Positions 18,285 to 28,023 of a DNA stretch of 64,000 nucleotides are shown here, in pieces (the stretch's first letter is position 1; each line of letters starts with the position of its first letter). The translations under genes were made by a program, and so were the position numbers. A model generated the notes under the pieces. It had not been told where the DNA came from. It worked only from the letters and a program-made list of their open reading frames with translations, and did not search any database. This DNA is from an uncultured Oscillospiraceae bacterium. GTDB lineage: Bacteria; Bacillota; Clostridia; UMGS1840. The DNA lies in the NCBI GenBank assembly GCA_964537245.1, contig CAZHZL010000001.1, positions 4,421-68,420 of the forward strand, in the 5' to 3' direction.

Positions 18285-19469
18285 ATGAAAGTTGTTCAGA
18301 TAAATTCGTGTTACGGTGTTGGTAGTACCGGAAGAATTGTTGAAGGAATAAGCAAAGTTCTTGATGAAAATAATATTGAAAATTATGTTTTTTATGCTAT
18401 TGGAAACCAAGATAATAAAAATGCTTTTAAAATGGAGAGTAAGTTGTATTTAAAATTTAATGTTTTAAAAACCCGTTTTTTCGGAAAGCATGGATTTTAC
18501 TCTCACTTTGCAACTTATAGGTTGTTGAAGAAAATTGATAGAATAAAGCCTGATATTATACATCTTCATAATATACATGGACACTATATTAATGTTAGAA
18601 TGCTTTTTAATTACATAAAAAAGAAAAACACAAAAGTAATATGGACTTTGCATGATTGTTGGGCTTTTACAGGTCACTGTGCACATTTTGATTATATTGG
18701 TTGTGAAAAATGGAAGAACGGCTGTAATAACTGCCGACAACTGAAAAGTTATCCTAAAAGTTTGATTTTTGACAGGAGCAAAATATCTTTTCATGATAAA
18801 AAAACGTTTTTTATGGGAGTTAAGGATTTGACAATCATCACGCCGAGCGAGTGGTTATCAAAGCTTGTAAAACAATCATTTTTGAAAGATTATCCTGTCG
18901 AAGTTATAAATAATGGGATAGATTTAAACAGCTTTAAAACAGCAGAAAGTAACTTCAGAGAAAAATATGGTATAGAAAATAATTTTGTTGTTATGGGAAT
19001 AGCTTTTGATTTGTACAGTAAGAAAGGCGGAAAATATCTTATTGAGCTTGCAAAAAAATTAGGAGATGAATATACAGTAGTTATTGTAGGATTACCTACG
19101 AGTAAAGAATATCCAAAAAATGTAATTACAGTTCCGAGAACAAATTCAAAAGAAGAACTTGCAAAAATTTACTCAATGGCAGATGTTTTTGTAAATCCAA
19201 CATTAGAGGACACATTTCCTACAGTAAATCTCGAAGCATTAGCTTGTGGAACACCTGTGATTACCTTTAATACCGGTGGAAGTCCTGAATCTGTTGATGA
19301 GTCTACCGGCTATATTGTGGAAAAATGTGATGTGGATGAATTAGCTGAAAAAGTTCTGAAAATAAAAAAAGGAAATTACACTGGTGCTTGTATTGCAAAA
19401 GCAAAAAAAATGTATGATGAAAATGTAAAATTTAAAGAATACTTGAATTTATACAAGGGGCGGGATTGA
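18285..19469 (+). CDS. Glycosyltransferase family 4
   Basis: MKVVQINS start. Paralogous to 15996..17198 (both share HDCWAFTGHC / HDCFLYTGRC). EDTFPTVNLEALACGTPVI. Confidence 0.8.
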   Translation: MKVVQINSCYGVGSTGRIVEGISKVLDENNIENYVFYAIGNQDNKNAFKMESKLYLKFNVLKTRFFGKHGFYSHFATYRLLKKIDRIKPDIIHLHNIHGHYINVRMLFNYIKKKNTKVIWTLHDCWAFTGHCAHFDYIGCEKWKNGCNNCRQLKSYPKSLIFDRSKISFHDKKTFFMGVKDLTIITPSEWLSKLVKQSFLKDYPVEVINNGIDLNSFKTAESNFREKYGIENNFVVMGIAFDLYSKKGGKYLIELAKKLGDEYTVVIVGLPTSKEYPKNVITVPRTNSKEELAKIYSMADVFVNPTLEDTFPTVNLEALACGTPVITFNTGGSPESVDESTGYIVEKCDVDELAEKVLKIKKGNYTGACIAKAKKMYDENVKFKEYLNLYKGRD

Positions 19470-20599
19470 TGAAAATAAAACTATTATTTTTTATTAACAC
19501 TCTTTCTGGCGGCGGTGCGGAAAAAGTGCTTGTTGATATAGTTAATAATCTGGATAAAGAAAAGTTTGACATTACTCTTTTGACTTTAGTTGATGATGGT
19601 ATACATAAGAAAAATCTTTCGTCAGATGTACATTATAAATCAATAGTAAAAGTAAAGAATGGTATCTTGAAAAAAATATGGCAATATTTTTTAAATTTCG
19701 TTTTACCTCCAAAAATTATTTATAATATCTTTATAAAATCTGATTATGATTATGAAGTGGCTTTTTTAGAGGGAATACCAACAAAAATATTATCGTATTC
19801 GACAAATAAAAACTCAAAGAAATTTGCTTGGGTGCATACGAACTTGTTCACTAATTTTGCCGGGCATAATAAAATTTTTAAAAACTTTGATGATTATGTA
19901 GCTTGTTATAAGAGGTATGATAAAATTTTTTGTGTATCTGAGGGCGTAAAAGATGGATTCTTTAAAAGGTTTGGAATAAAAAACAACACAGAAGTTATTT
20001 TTAATCCATATGATGATGAAAAAATAGTTGAACTTTCAGATGAGGGGCAGTGTGAAATTTCAGTAGACGATATATTTAAAATAGTAACAGTTGGCAGATT
20101 GTGTGAGCAAAAAGGTTATGAAAGACTGATTGAAATATATAATCGCTTGATTAAAGAAAAGTATCACTGTCATTTATATATTTTGGGGGAAGGTGCTAAA
20201 AGACTTGTTTTAGAAAAATACATAAATGAAAACAACTTGCAGGATAGTGTGACTCTTTTAGGTTTTAAAAAAAATCCTTATAAGTATATTAAAGCGTGTG
20301 ATTTGTTTGTTTGTTCGTCTTTTGCTGAAGGCTTTAGCACAGCTGTTGCTGAAAGTATAATTTTAGGCGTTCCTGTTATAAGTACCAATGTTTCAGGTGC
20401 AAAAGAAATTTTGGGTAATTCGGAATTTGGACTTGTTACTGAAAATAATGCAGAGGCATTGTATACAGGATTGAAAGAACTGCTTTCCAAAAAGGAAAAA
20501 TATGACTTCTATAAGATAAAAGCCGCAGAAAGAGCAAGCTATTTTAAATTGGAAAATTCAATAAAAAATATAGAAAACATATTTTTTGGGGGGAAATAA
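19466..20599 (+). CDS. Glycosyltransferase family 4 (GT-B)
   Basis: GGGAEKV N-terminus and C-terminal SFAEGFSTAVAESIILGVPVIST. Confidence 0.8.
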   Translation: MMKIKLLFFINTLSGGGAEKVLVDIVNNLDKEKFDITLLTLVDDGIHKKNLSSDVHYKSIVKVKNGILKKIWQYFLNFVLPPKIIYNIFIKSDYDYEVAFLEGIPTKILSYSTNKNSKKFAWVHTNLFTNFAGHNKIFKNFDDYVACYKRYDKIFCVSEGVKDGFFKRFGIKNNTEVIFNPYDDEKIVELSDEGQCEISVDDIFKIVTVGRLCEQKGYERLIEIYNRLIKEKYHCHLYILGEGAKRLVLEKYINENNLQDSVTLLGFKKNPYKYIKACDLFVCSSFAEGFSTAVAESIILGVPVISTNVSGAKEILGNSEFGLVTENNAEALYTGLKELLSKKEKYDFYKIKAAERASYFKLENSIKNIENIFFGGK

Positions 20600-20600
20600 A

Positions 20601-21623
20601 ATGGAATATGAGATTAGTGTTATAATTCCGGTATATAATGTTGAAAAAACTTTAAGAAGGTGCGTTGACAGTGTTCTTGCACAAACTTTTAAAAATTATG
20701 AAATAATTTTAGTTGATGACGGTTCTCCTGATAATAGTGGAGAAATATGTGATGAATATGCGGAAAAATATGATTTTATACGAGTTATACATAAGGAGAA
20801 CGAAGGGCTTGGTCCAACAAGGAATTGTGGAGTTAAAGAAGCTAAAGGCAAATATATTTATCATTGTGATTCTGATGATTGGATAAAGGAAAATACACTT
20901 GAAGATGCATATAATTCAGCAGTAGAAAATGATGCAGATGTAGTTTTATTTGGATATACATTATATACTGAAAAAGACGGTTTAGTCGAAAAATATACAG
21001 CGGTGAATGTTCCCGAAGCTGTTTACAAAAATAATGATGATGTTAAATCTTTTTTTATTAAAAATATAGATAACTATTTTGTTGTTCAGTCAGCATGTAA
21101 TCGTTTGATAAAAAAACAATTTTTGATTGAAAACAACATATGGTTCAGACCGTTTCGCAGGTGTCAGGATATAGTTTTTTCATATGATTTGTTTGAAAAA
21201 ATCAATTGTCTGTCTACATTGAGCAGTGCTTATTATGAATACATTATTGAACCAAATGTATATAAAGGAAGAAGCTTTGATGAAATGATAGATATTTATC
21301 TTTCAGTTTATGATATAGTTAAGGAGAAGCTAATCGGGTGGGGGGAATTTTACGGCGATAATAAAAATAAAATTGTTTCGATTTACTGTGCTCATATAGC
21401 TAATTATTTATCTTTTTATGTTTTTCGTAAGTCAGATGAAAAGAGATTGACAATTATAAAAGATTTTTTAAAAAACGAAAAAGTATATTTTCTTTTTTTG
21501 GATTTGGATTTGAATAAGGAAAAATCAAGATTTTTGAGGATGGTTGGCAATGCAATACAAAAGAAAAGTTCCTTGTTTTTGTATGCAGTGCTGATGTTGC
21601 ATAATCTGAAAATAAAGAAATAA
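20601..21623 (+). CDS. Glycosyltransferase family 2
   Basis: ISVIIPVYNVEKTL, VDDGSPD and DSDD (DxD) motifs. Confidence 0.85.
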   Translation: MEYEISVIIPVYNVEKTLRRCVDSVLAQTFKNYEIILVDDGSPDNSGEICDEYAEKYDFIRVIHKENEGLGPTRNCGVKEAKGKYIYHCDSDDWIKENTLEDAYNSAVENDADVVLFGYTLYTEKDGLVEKYTAVNVPEAVYKNNDDVKSFFIKNIDNYFVVQSACNRLIKKQFLIENNIWFRPFRRCQDIVFSYDLFEKINCLSTLSSAYYEYIIEPNVYKGRSFDEMIDIYLSVYDIVKEKLIGWGEFYGDNKNKIVSIYCAHIANYLSFYVFRKSDEKRLTIIKDFLKNEKVYFLFLDLDLNKEKSRFLRMVGNAIQKKSSLFLYAVLMLHNLKIKK

Positions 21624-21638
21624 TATTTTTTGTGATAT

Positions 21639-23138
21639 ATGGAGGAAAAAAGTGTGAAAACCAAGCGAGCTTTTATAAATACTGCGTTTATTATAAGCTA
21701 TCAGATGCTTAATCTTTTTATTGGACTTATACTTCCGAAATTATATACTGAGACCTTTGGGTCAGTATATAACGGACTTAATCAGACAATTACTCAGATT
21801 ATGCATTGGCTGGGACTGTTGCAATCCGGGCTTGCTGCAGCTTCAATACAAGCGTTATTCAAGCCGATAGCTGAAAAAAAGAAGGATGATGTTTGGTCTG
21901 TAATTAAATATACGCAAAAGCAATACACCAAAATGGGAATTATTTTTGTTATTTTATTGTCTTCAATTGCTATCGTATGGGGGTGTGTTGGTAGCAAGGA
22001 AATATCCGGAACAATAATATGCTATTTTATGATCATGCATGGTGTATCTTCTGCAATAGATTATTTTTTCTTGGCAAAATATACAATTTATCTTTCTGCA
22101 AGTAATCAAAATTTTATTTTGTATATTGTAAACATAATAATACTCCTCGTTTCTTCAATTATAAAAATTTTGGTTTTGCTATTCACTAAAAATATATATT
22201 TGTATCAGTCTGTTTTACTCATAGGTGTTATATTAAGGTGTATAATGTTATATTTTATATGTAAAAAAGATTTCTTGGATTTGAAGAAACATACTGTTGA
22301 TTTAAAACCGGTGAAAATGGCACAACGAAGGGATGTATTGATCAGTGAGATAGCCGGTTTTGTTATAAGTAGTACTGATGTTATTGTTATTTCTACTTTT
22401 TTGGGATTTGCACAATCAAGCATTTACTCTGTTTATAATTTTGTTATTAGTGGTATAGCAAATGTATTGGGAAGCATAAGGGAAGGTGTTTATTCTGGGA
22501 TTGGACAGTTATTAGCGGTTGATAAGGAAAAATTCAAAAAAGTTTTTTCGAGTTTTGAATCTGTTTATTTAGCGATTACTTTTATGCTTTTTACAATTAC
22601 AATAATTGCATACCGTTCTTTTGTTACAGTTTATACCGCTAAGATGGATCAGAATTATGTATTTTTCAGTTATCCGATTTTATTTGTTGTTACACAATTG
22701 TTGGTGAATTTAAGAATACCGTCAATAATGGCTACCAATTCAGCAGGACATTTCAAACAAGTAAAGAAATATGCTGTGATAGAAGCGATAATTAATCTGA
22801 TTATTTCTGTTTCGTTAGTGAAATGGTTGGGAATACCGGGTGTTCTTATAGGAACTATTTGCGGAGGATTGTATCGCACGCCTGTGTATGTTAATTATTG
22901 TAATAAGAATATTCTTGAACGAAAAAATACTGTATTTTTTAAAAAAATTTTAATATTTATTTTTCCGTTTTTTGTAGGAATAATACTTGGATTTCTTGAC
23001 TGGAAAATAAAAAGTCTTGGCGCATGGGTTGTTTTTACATCTTTAGTTGGGATAGTAACAGTTATAGTATACATGGTTATCTTATGTTTTTTAGAAAAAG
23101 AATATATAAAGAATTTTTTGGAAAAATTTAAAAAGTAG
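21639..23138 (+). CDS. Wzx-type polysaccharide flippase (MOP superfamily)
   Basis: 499 aa, roughly 12-14 predicted TM helices, located in a polysaccharide locus. Confidence 0.7.
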   Translation: MEEKSVKTKRAFINTAFIISYQMLNLFIGLILPKLYTETFGSVYNGLNQTITQIMHWLGLLQSGLAAASIQALFKPIAEKKKDDVWSVIKYTQKQYTKMGIIFVILLSSIAIVWGCVGSKEISGTIICYFMIMHGVSSAIDYFFLAKYTIYLSASNQNFILYIVNIIILLVSSIIKILVLLFTKNIYLYQSVLLIGVILRCIMLYFICKKDFLDLKKHTVDLKPVKMAQRRDVLISEIAGFVISSTDVIVISTFLGFAQSSIYSVYNFVISGIANVLGSIREGVYSGIGQLLAVDKEKFKKVFSSFESVYLAITFMLFTITIIAYRSFVTVYTAKMDQNYVFFSYPILFVVTQLLVNLRIPSIMATNSAGHFKQVKKYAVIEAIINLIISVSLVKWLGIPGVLIGTICGGLYRTPVYVNYCNKNILERKNTVFFKKILIFIFPFFVGIILGFLDWKIKSLGAWVVFTSLVGIVTVIVYMVILCFLEKEYIKNFLEKFKK

Positions 23139-23154
23139 TGAGGGATATATTAAT

Positions 23155-24063
23155 ATGAGGATAAAAGATATTTTAAGAAAAATGTGGTTTATGAAATTTT
23201 ACTATGCCTTAAGAAAAAATATTGTGCAGATGTATTATAGATTTTTACCTGAAAAAAAACATCTTGACATAATGTTTTATAAAATCTTTGGAAGACATAT
23301 TGATTGGGAAAATCCAAAAAGCTTTAACGAAAAGCTCCAATGGCTAAAGATAAATGACAGAAACCCGGAACATATAAAATTAGTTGATAAGTATGCTGTA
23401 AGAGAATATATAAAAGAGGCTATCGGAGAAGAATACCTTATTCCGCTTATTGGTGTTTGGGATAAGGTTGATGATATTGATTTTGATTCGCTTCCTGACA
23501 GTTTTGTTCTTAAATGCACTCACGGAAGCGGTTGCAATATCGTTTGTTCTGATAAAAGTAAACTTAATATAAAAGAAGCAAAGAAAAAACTGAAGAAATG
23601 GATGAAAATTAATTACTATTATTTATCAAGAGAATGGCCGTATAAAGCAGTTAAACCAAGAATTATCTGCGAAAAATTCATGAGAGACTGCTCAAGTGAC
23701 GATTTGCGTGATTATAAATTCTTTTGTTTTAATGGTAAGATGAAGTGTGGATTTGTAGCCTCAGAAAGACAAACTGATGATGTTAAATTTAATTTTTTTG
23801 ATAGAGAATGGAACGAGTTGCCCTTTGAAAATTATCATTTAAAGCTTAAAGAGGCGATTGATAAACCAATTAATTTTAGTAAAATGATAGAATTGTCTGA
23901 AATATTATCTTCTGATGAAATTTTTTTGCGTGTAGATTTTTATGAAATTAATGATAAAATATTTTTTGGAGAGTTGACTTTTTATCATGGTGCAGGTTTC
24001 TTACCATTTAATCCTGAAAAATATGATTATATTTTAGGTGATTGGTTGAAATTGACAAAATGA
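23155..24063 (+). CDS. ATP-grasp fold amidoligase, TupA-like
   Basis: FNEKLQWLKINDRNP, VDKYAVREYI, FVLKCTHGSG and DYKFFCFNG motifs as in the TupA-like ATP-grasp family. Confidence 0.7.
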   Translation: MRIKDILRKMWFMKFYYALRKNIVQMYYRFLPEKKHLDIMFYKIFGRHIDWENPKSFNEKLQWLKINDRNPEHIKLVDKYAVREYIKEAIGEEYLIPLIGVWDKVDDIDFDSLPDSFVLKCTHGSGCNIVCSDKSKLNIKEAKKKLKKWMKINYYYLSREWPYKAVKPRIICEKFMRDCSSDDLRDYKFFCFNGKMKCGFVASERQTDDVKFNFFDREWNELPFENYHLKLKEAIDKPINFSKMIELSEILSSDEIFLRVDFYEINDKIFFGELTFYHGAGFLPFNPEKYDYILGDWLKLTK

Positions 24064-24088
24064 TATCAAATAAGGAAAGCATACTTTT

Positions 24089-24856
24089 ATGAAAAAATTT
24101 TTTATATTATCAGCAATCATAACGAATATATTGATATTTCCTAATATTTGCAATGCTTCAACTCAAAAACCTGCTTTATGGCCTGCGATTGAAAGTATAG
24201 AGAAAACCGATGGCGGATATTTGTTTAACATAAATGTAATGGTATATTGTCCTGAAGGCGTTTCGGGAACGCTCATAGCTGCTGCGTATGATGAAAAAGA
24301 TAAGCTTCTTGATGTAGATATTTCGGGAGAAATTGATGTTTCTCCTTATGAGATTCCGGGCAATTGCAGTAATAAAAATGAGCTTGGAAAAACCTTTGAT
24401 TCCTGTGTAAATTTAAACGATAATGAATATATAAAAATAAAGAGCTTTGTTTTTGAGGATGATTACATAACTCCGTTGATTGAAAACGGAAGCATTGAGT
24501 ATTTTTATAATAGCGGTGAAAGCTATGTTGATGTGGATTATGTGCTTGAATCGGAGCATTATAATCATACAAACGGAGATTATTATTACTACTATTATTA
24601 TGACGGAAAGTATAGTAGTGTTGAGGTAAGCTTTGATGTGAGCTTTTATGTTGGCTCGCAAAATTCATTTCCTTTTTATTATTACGGGCAGTTTGATTTG
24701 ACGAGTGGTATATATAAAAATAATGAGCTTAAAAATACAACGCTTTCACACAGCGGTTTTTCCGGTGTTAAATTCAGAACACCGATAACTACAACTCAAG
24801 CTATACATCTTGGAAGATACGGCTTTAAAACAGAAGCTATAAAAATAATATTATAA
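24089..24856 (+). CDS. Secreted protein of unknown function with a poly-Tyr run
   Basis: N-terminal signal peptide MKKFFILSAIITNILIFPNICNAS and the run GDYYYYYYYDGKY. Confidence 0.5.
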   Translation: MKKFFILSAIITNILIFPNICNASTQKPALWPAIESIEKTDGGYLFNINVMVYCPEGVSGTLIAAAYDEKDKLLDVDISGEIDVSPYEIPGNCSNKNELGKTFDSCVNLNDNEYIKIKSFVFEDDYITPLIENGSIEYFYNSGESYVDVDYVLESEHYNHTNGDYYYYYYYDGKYSSVEVSFDVSFYVGSQNSFPFYYYGQFDLTSGIYKNNELKNTTLSHSGFSGVKFRTPITTTQAIHLGRYGFKTEAIKIIL

Positions 24857-24869
24857 TAGAGGACGCAAA

Positions 24870-26120
24870 ATGAACACCAACTTTTTAACATTTCTTAATT
24901 TAATAAAGGATGAATTAAGCGGTAGTCTCAGTATGGACAGCGTTTTGTTTTCTGATGTTTATAAAATTGCAGATTTGCAGGGAATGAGTACGCTTCTTTT
25001 TCCTGTGTTTAAAAAATACTTTGAGAGCAGACGGCTTACAGCAGATATGCAAGATGTTAAAAAGTATGAGCTTTCTGTTACAGGCAATGTTTTTAATTAT
25101 ACAAAAAAACAGTATGAAGTAAACAAGGTTATAAAAGCATTGGAAAAAGAGGGGATTGAATGTATCATTTTAAAGGGCGATACACTTTCCTCAATTTATC
25201 CGCACAGCGATATGAGAATGTCGGGCGATACCGATATTCTTATAAATCCGAAGTGTGAAAAGAAATGTCTTAAGTTGTTTGAAAAAATGGGCTGTTATGT
25301 TAAAAAAAGAACAAAAACAAACAATCAGTCGGTTATAGTTCATCCGACAGCAGGAAAATTTGAAATACATATTTCAATGGATACAAAGCAGGTTTCTGAA
25401 ATATGGTACGACAGTGTGGAGCTTGTAAAAGAGCCTTACAGAGAGGTTTTTGTTTCAGGAATTTATAAATATAAAACACTTTCGTATACGGATACGGCGT
25501 TAAATCTTGTTTTACATGTTGTTAAGCATTTTGTAAGCGGTATTGCGCATATGAGAATGATAACCGATACTGTTCTTTTTATGGACAGAAACTTTGATAA
25601 AATAGATTTTGAAAGAATTTCGGCAACATTAAAGCATCTTAATTATGAAACGCTTTTTGAAAGTCTGAAGTATGTTGGAAATAAATACCTGGGACTTACA
25701 AATTTAGCCATAAACGAAAAATATTCCGATAATGCTTTGAAATTGCTTGAAGATATATATAAATGCGGTGATTACGGCTTTGATAAGCTTGAAGCGCAGT
25801 CGTATACATATGATATATATTCAAAAAACAGATTTGAAAAATTCGGAAAAGGTACATATAAGAATTATAAGATTAAAATTCTTCTGAACGATACCTTTGA
25901 TTTGATATTTAAAAATAAATATGAAATGATGAAGCTTTATCCTGTGTTGGAAAAAAAGCCTAAGCTTTTAGTGTTTATGTATGTTCACAGATTTTTTTCC
26001 TGTGTTTCCCATACATTATTCGGAAAAAAGAAAAAATCAGATACAAATGAGCAGTCAAGCGAGGATAAAGAGTTTTTGCAAAAAAGGTTAGAGCTTCTTG
26101 ATAAGATGGATATGATGTAA
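24870..26120 (+). CDS. Uncharacterised nucleotidyltransferase family protein (NTP_transf_5-like)
   Basis: ILKGDTLSSIYPHSDMRMSGDTDILI matches the G-x-D-x-D nucleotidyltransferase core. Confidence 0.55.
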   Translation: MNTNFLTFLNLIKDELSGSLSMDSVLFSDVYKIADLQGMSTLLFPVFKKYFESRRLTADMQDVKKYELSVTGNVFNYTKKQYEVNKVIKALEKEGIECIILKGDTLSSIYPHSDMRMSGDTDILINPKCEKKCLKLFEKMGCYVKKRTKTNNQSVIVHPTAGKFEIHISMDTKQVSEIWYDSVELVKEPYREVFVSGIYKYKTLSYTDTALNLVLHVVKHFVSGIAHMRMITDTVLFMDRNFDKIDFERISATLKHLNYETLFESLKYVGNKYLGLTNLAINEKYSDNALKLLEDIYKCGDYGFDKLEAQSYTYDIYSKNRFEKFGKGTYKNYKIKILLNDTFDLIFKNKYEMMKLYPVLEKKPKLLVFMYVHRFFSCVSHTLFGKKKKSDTNEQSSEDKEFLQKRLELLDKMDMM

Positions 26121-26869
26121 TGGCAAGACAAAAAAGGCTTGAAAACCCATATGGTTTTTATGAGATAAAAATTCCCAAAAATTCCGAAATACAGTTTTTT
26201 TGCGACGACGGGGATTTTGATAAAATAAGAGAGCTTATAAAAAAAGAGAAAGAAAAATATAAATTTGAAATTTTGTCGTACATTTTTCTTGAAAACAAGA
26301 TAAGCTTTATTGTAAAAGAAGGAAATCATAAAAATATTTCTTTATATATCGGAAATATTTTAAGAATTTACTCGGCTTACTATAAAAGAAAATATCAGTA
26401 TCATGACAAGGTTTTTAAAAAAAGATATCTGTGCTTTCATATAAAAAATGAAGAGCTTTTAAACAGAATTATCTGTATGCATAATATTATTTTAAAAAGC
26501 GGATATGATGAAAATGAAAAAAGGTATTCTTCAATTTCCGACTATATTTATTATGAGGATTTATGTGATATAAAAACAGTTTATTCTATGCTTTCAAAAA
26601 AAGCTTTTGTTACTATGCATTATTCCTTATGTGAAGAAAAAAGCACACAAGAGCTTGTAAAAGAATATATATGCGATATTTTAAAAACTGTTGACTATGA
26701 GGATATAAAAAAAGTAGGAAGAAAAGAGCGTAACAAAGCTGTATGTGAGCTTTATTATGAAAAAAACATAAGCGCTTCTGTTATCGGAAGTGTAATCGGG
26801 CTTTCAAGACAAAGAATTTACGCAATTTTAAAAGAGCAAAAAGAAGAAAAAAATAGCGAAAATACTTGA
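26120..26869 (+). CDS. Y1 (IS200/RayT-like) transposase homolog lacking the HUH motif, fused to a C-terminal HTH
   Basis: MARQKRLENPYGFYEIKI aligns with RayT ARxxR..PGxxYHV, and FLENKISFIV replaces NHVHLL. C-terminal ISASVIGSVIGLSRQRIYAILKE is an HTH. Confidence 0.5.
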   Translation: MARQKRLENPYGFYEIKIPKNSEIQFFCDDGDFDKIRELIKKEKEKYKFEILSYIFLENKISFIVKEGNHKNISLYIGNILRIYSAYYKRKYQYHDKVFKKRYLCFHIKNEELLNRIICMHNIILKSGYDENEKRYSSISDYIYYEDLCDIKTVYSMLSKKAFVTMHYSLCEEKSTQELVKEYICDILKTVDYEDIKKVGRKERNKAVCELYYEKNISASVIGSVIGLSRQRIYAILKEQKEEKNSENT

Positions 26870-26974
26870 AATAAGCTAAAAAGTGTGATATATTAATATA
26901 TTATTGTTGTTCAGGCTTTTTATGAGAAAAAATTTTTTTCAAAGTAAAAAGCAGAATATATGGAGGGTATAAAG

Positions 26975-27982
26975 ATGAGTAAAACAATGATTCCAAAAGG
27001 GTATAAATCCAATCTTAGCTTGTATGAAACGCAGACTGCAATCGGATTTACAAAAAGATATTTTGAAGATAAGCTCAGTGCGGCGCTTAACTTAAAAAGA
27101 GTGTCAGCACCTCTTTTTGTTGAGCCGCAGACAGGTCTTAACGACAACTTAAACGGCAGCGAAAGAGCAGTGAGCTTTGATATTTTGGAAACAAAAACTG
27201 TTGCTGAGGTTGTTCATTCTCTGGCGAAATGGAAGAGAATGGCGCTTTATAAATATGACTTCAAGGCAGGAAAAGGTCTTTATACCGATATGAATGCGAT
27301 AAGAAGAGATGAAGAAATGGATAATCTTCATTCAATCTATGTTGACCAGTGGGACTGGGAAAAGGTTATAAAAAAAGAGGACAGAACTATTGAATATTTA
27401 AAAACAACTGTCTGCAAAATTGTTGACGCAATCTGTGATACGGCGGAAAAGGTAAGAGAAAAATATCCTGCAATCACAACAAGACTTTCGCGCGATGTAC
27501 ACTTTGTGACAACTCAGGAGCTTGAAGATATGTATCCTAACCTTACCTCCAAGGAAAGAGAAAACGCATATACAAAAAAATATAAAACTGTTTTTATAAT
27601 GCAGATTGGCGATTATCTGAAATCGGGCAAGAAGCACGACGGCAGAGCGCCTGACTATGACGATTGGAAATTAAACGGGGATATTTTATTCTATAACGAG
27701 GTTTTAGACCAGGCTATCGAGCTTTCTTCAATGGGTATCCGTGTTGACAGCAAAGCAATGGACGAACAGCTTACAAAAGCAAAGTGTGAGGACAGAAGAC
27801 ATCTTACATTCCACAAAATGCTGCTTAACGACGAGCTTCCGCTTACAATGGGCGGGGGGATAGGTCAGTCAAGACTTTGTATGCTTATACTCGGAAAAGC
27901 TCATGTAGGTGAAGTGCAGGTTTCTGTATGGGATAAGGAAACTGTAAGAATTTGTAAAGAAGCAAATGTTGATTTGCTGTAA
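26975..27982 (+). CDS. asnA: Aspartate--ammonia ligase
   Basis: SAPLFVEPQTGLNDNLNGSERAVSFD, QWDWEKVI and GGGIGQSRLCMLIL are classic AsnA motifs. Confidence 0.9.
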   Translation: MSKTMIPKGYKSNLSLYETQTAIGFTKRYFEDKLSAALNLKRVSAPLFVEPQTGLNDNLNGSERAVSFDILETKTVAEVVHSLAKWKRMALYKYDFKAGKGLYTDMNAIRRDEEMDNLHSIYVDQWDWEKVIKKEDRTIEYLKTTVCKIVDAICDTAEKVREKYPAITTRLSRDVHFVTTQELEDMYPNLTSKERENAYTKKYKTVFIMQIGDYLKSGKKHDGRAPDYDDWKLNGDILFYNEVLDQAIELSSMGIRVDSKAMDEQLTKAKCEDRRHLTFHKMLLNDELPLTMGGGIGQSRLCMLILGKAHVGEVQVSVWDKETVRICKEANVDLL

Positions 27983-28023
27983 AATCCTGCAATTATTTTT
28001 AAGACACGAAAGGAAATACCGTT

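Noticed and set aside
26870-26974. T-box or other leader upstream of asnA, and likewise upstream of metA at 42985-43008.
   Set aside because: The spacers are too short (about 100 nt and about 24 nt). They lack a specifier/antiterminator architecture and T-box consensus.
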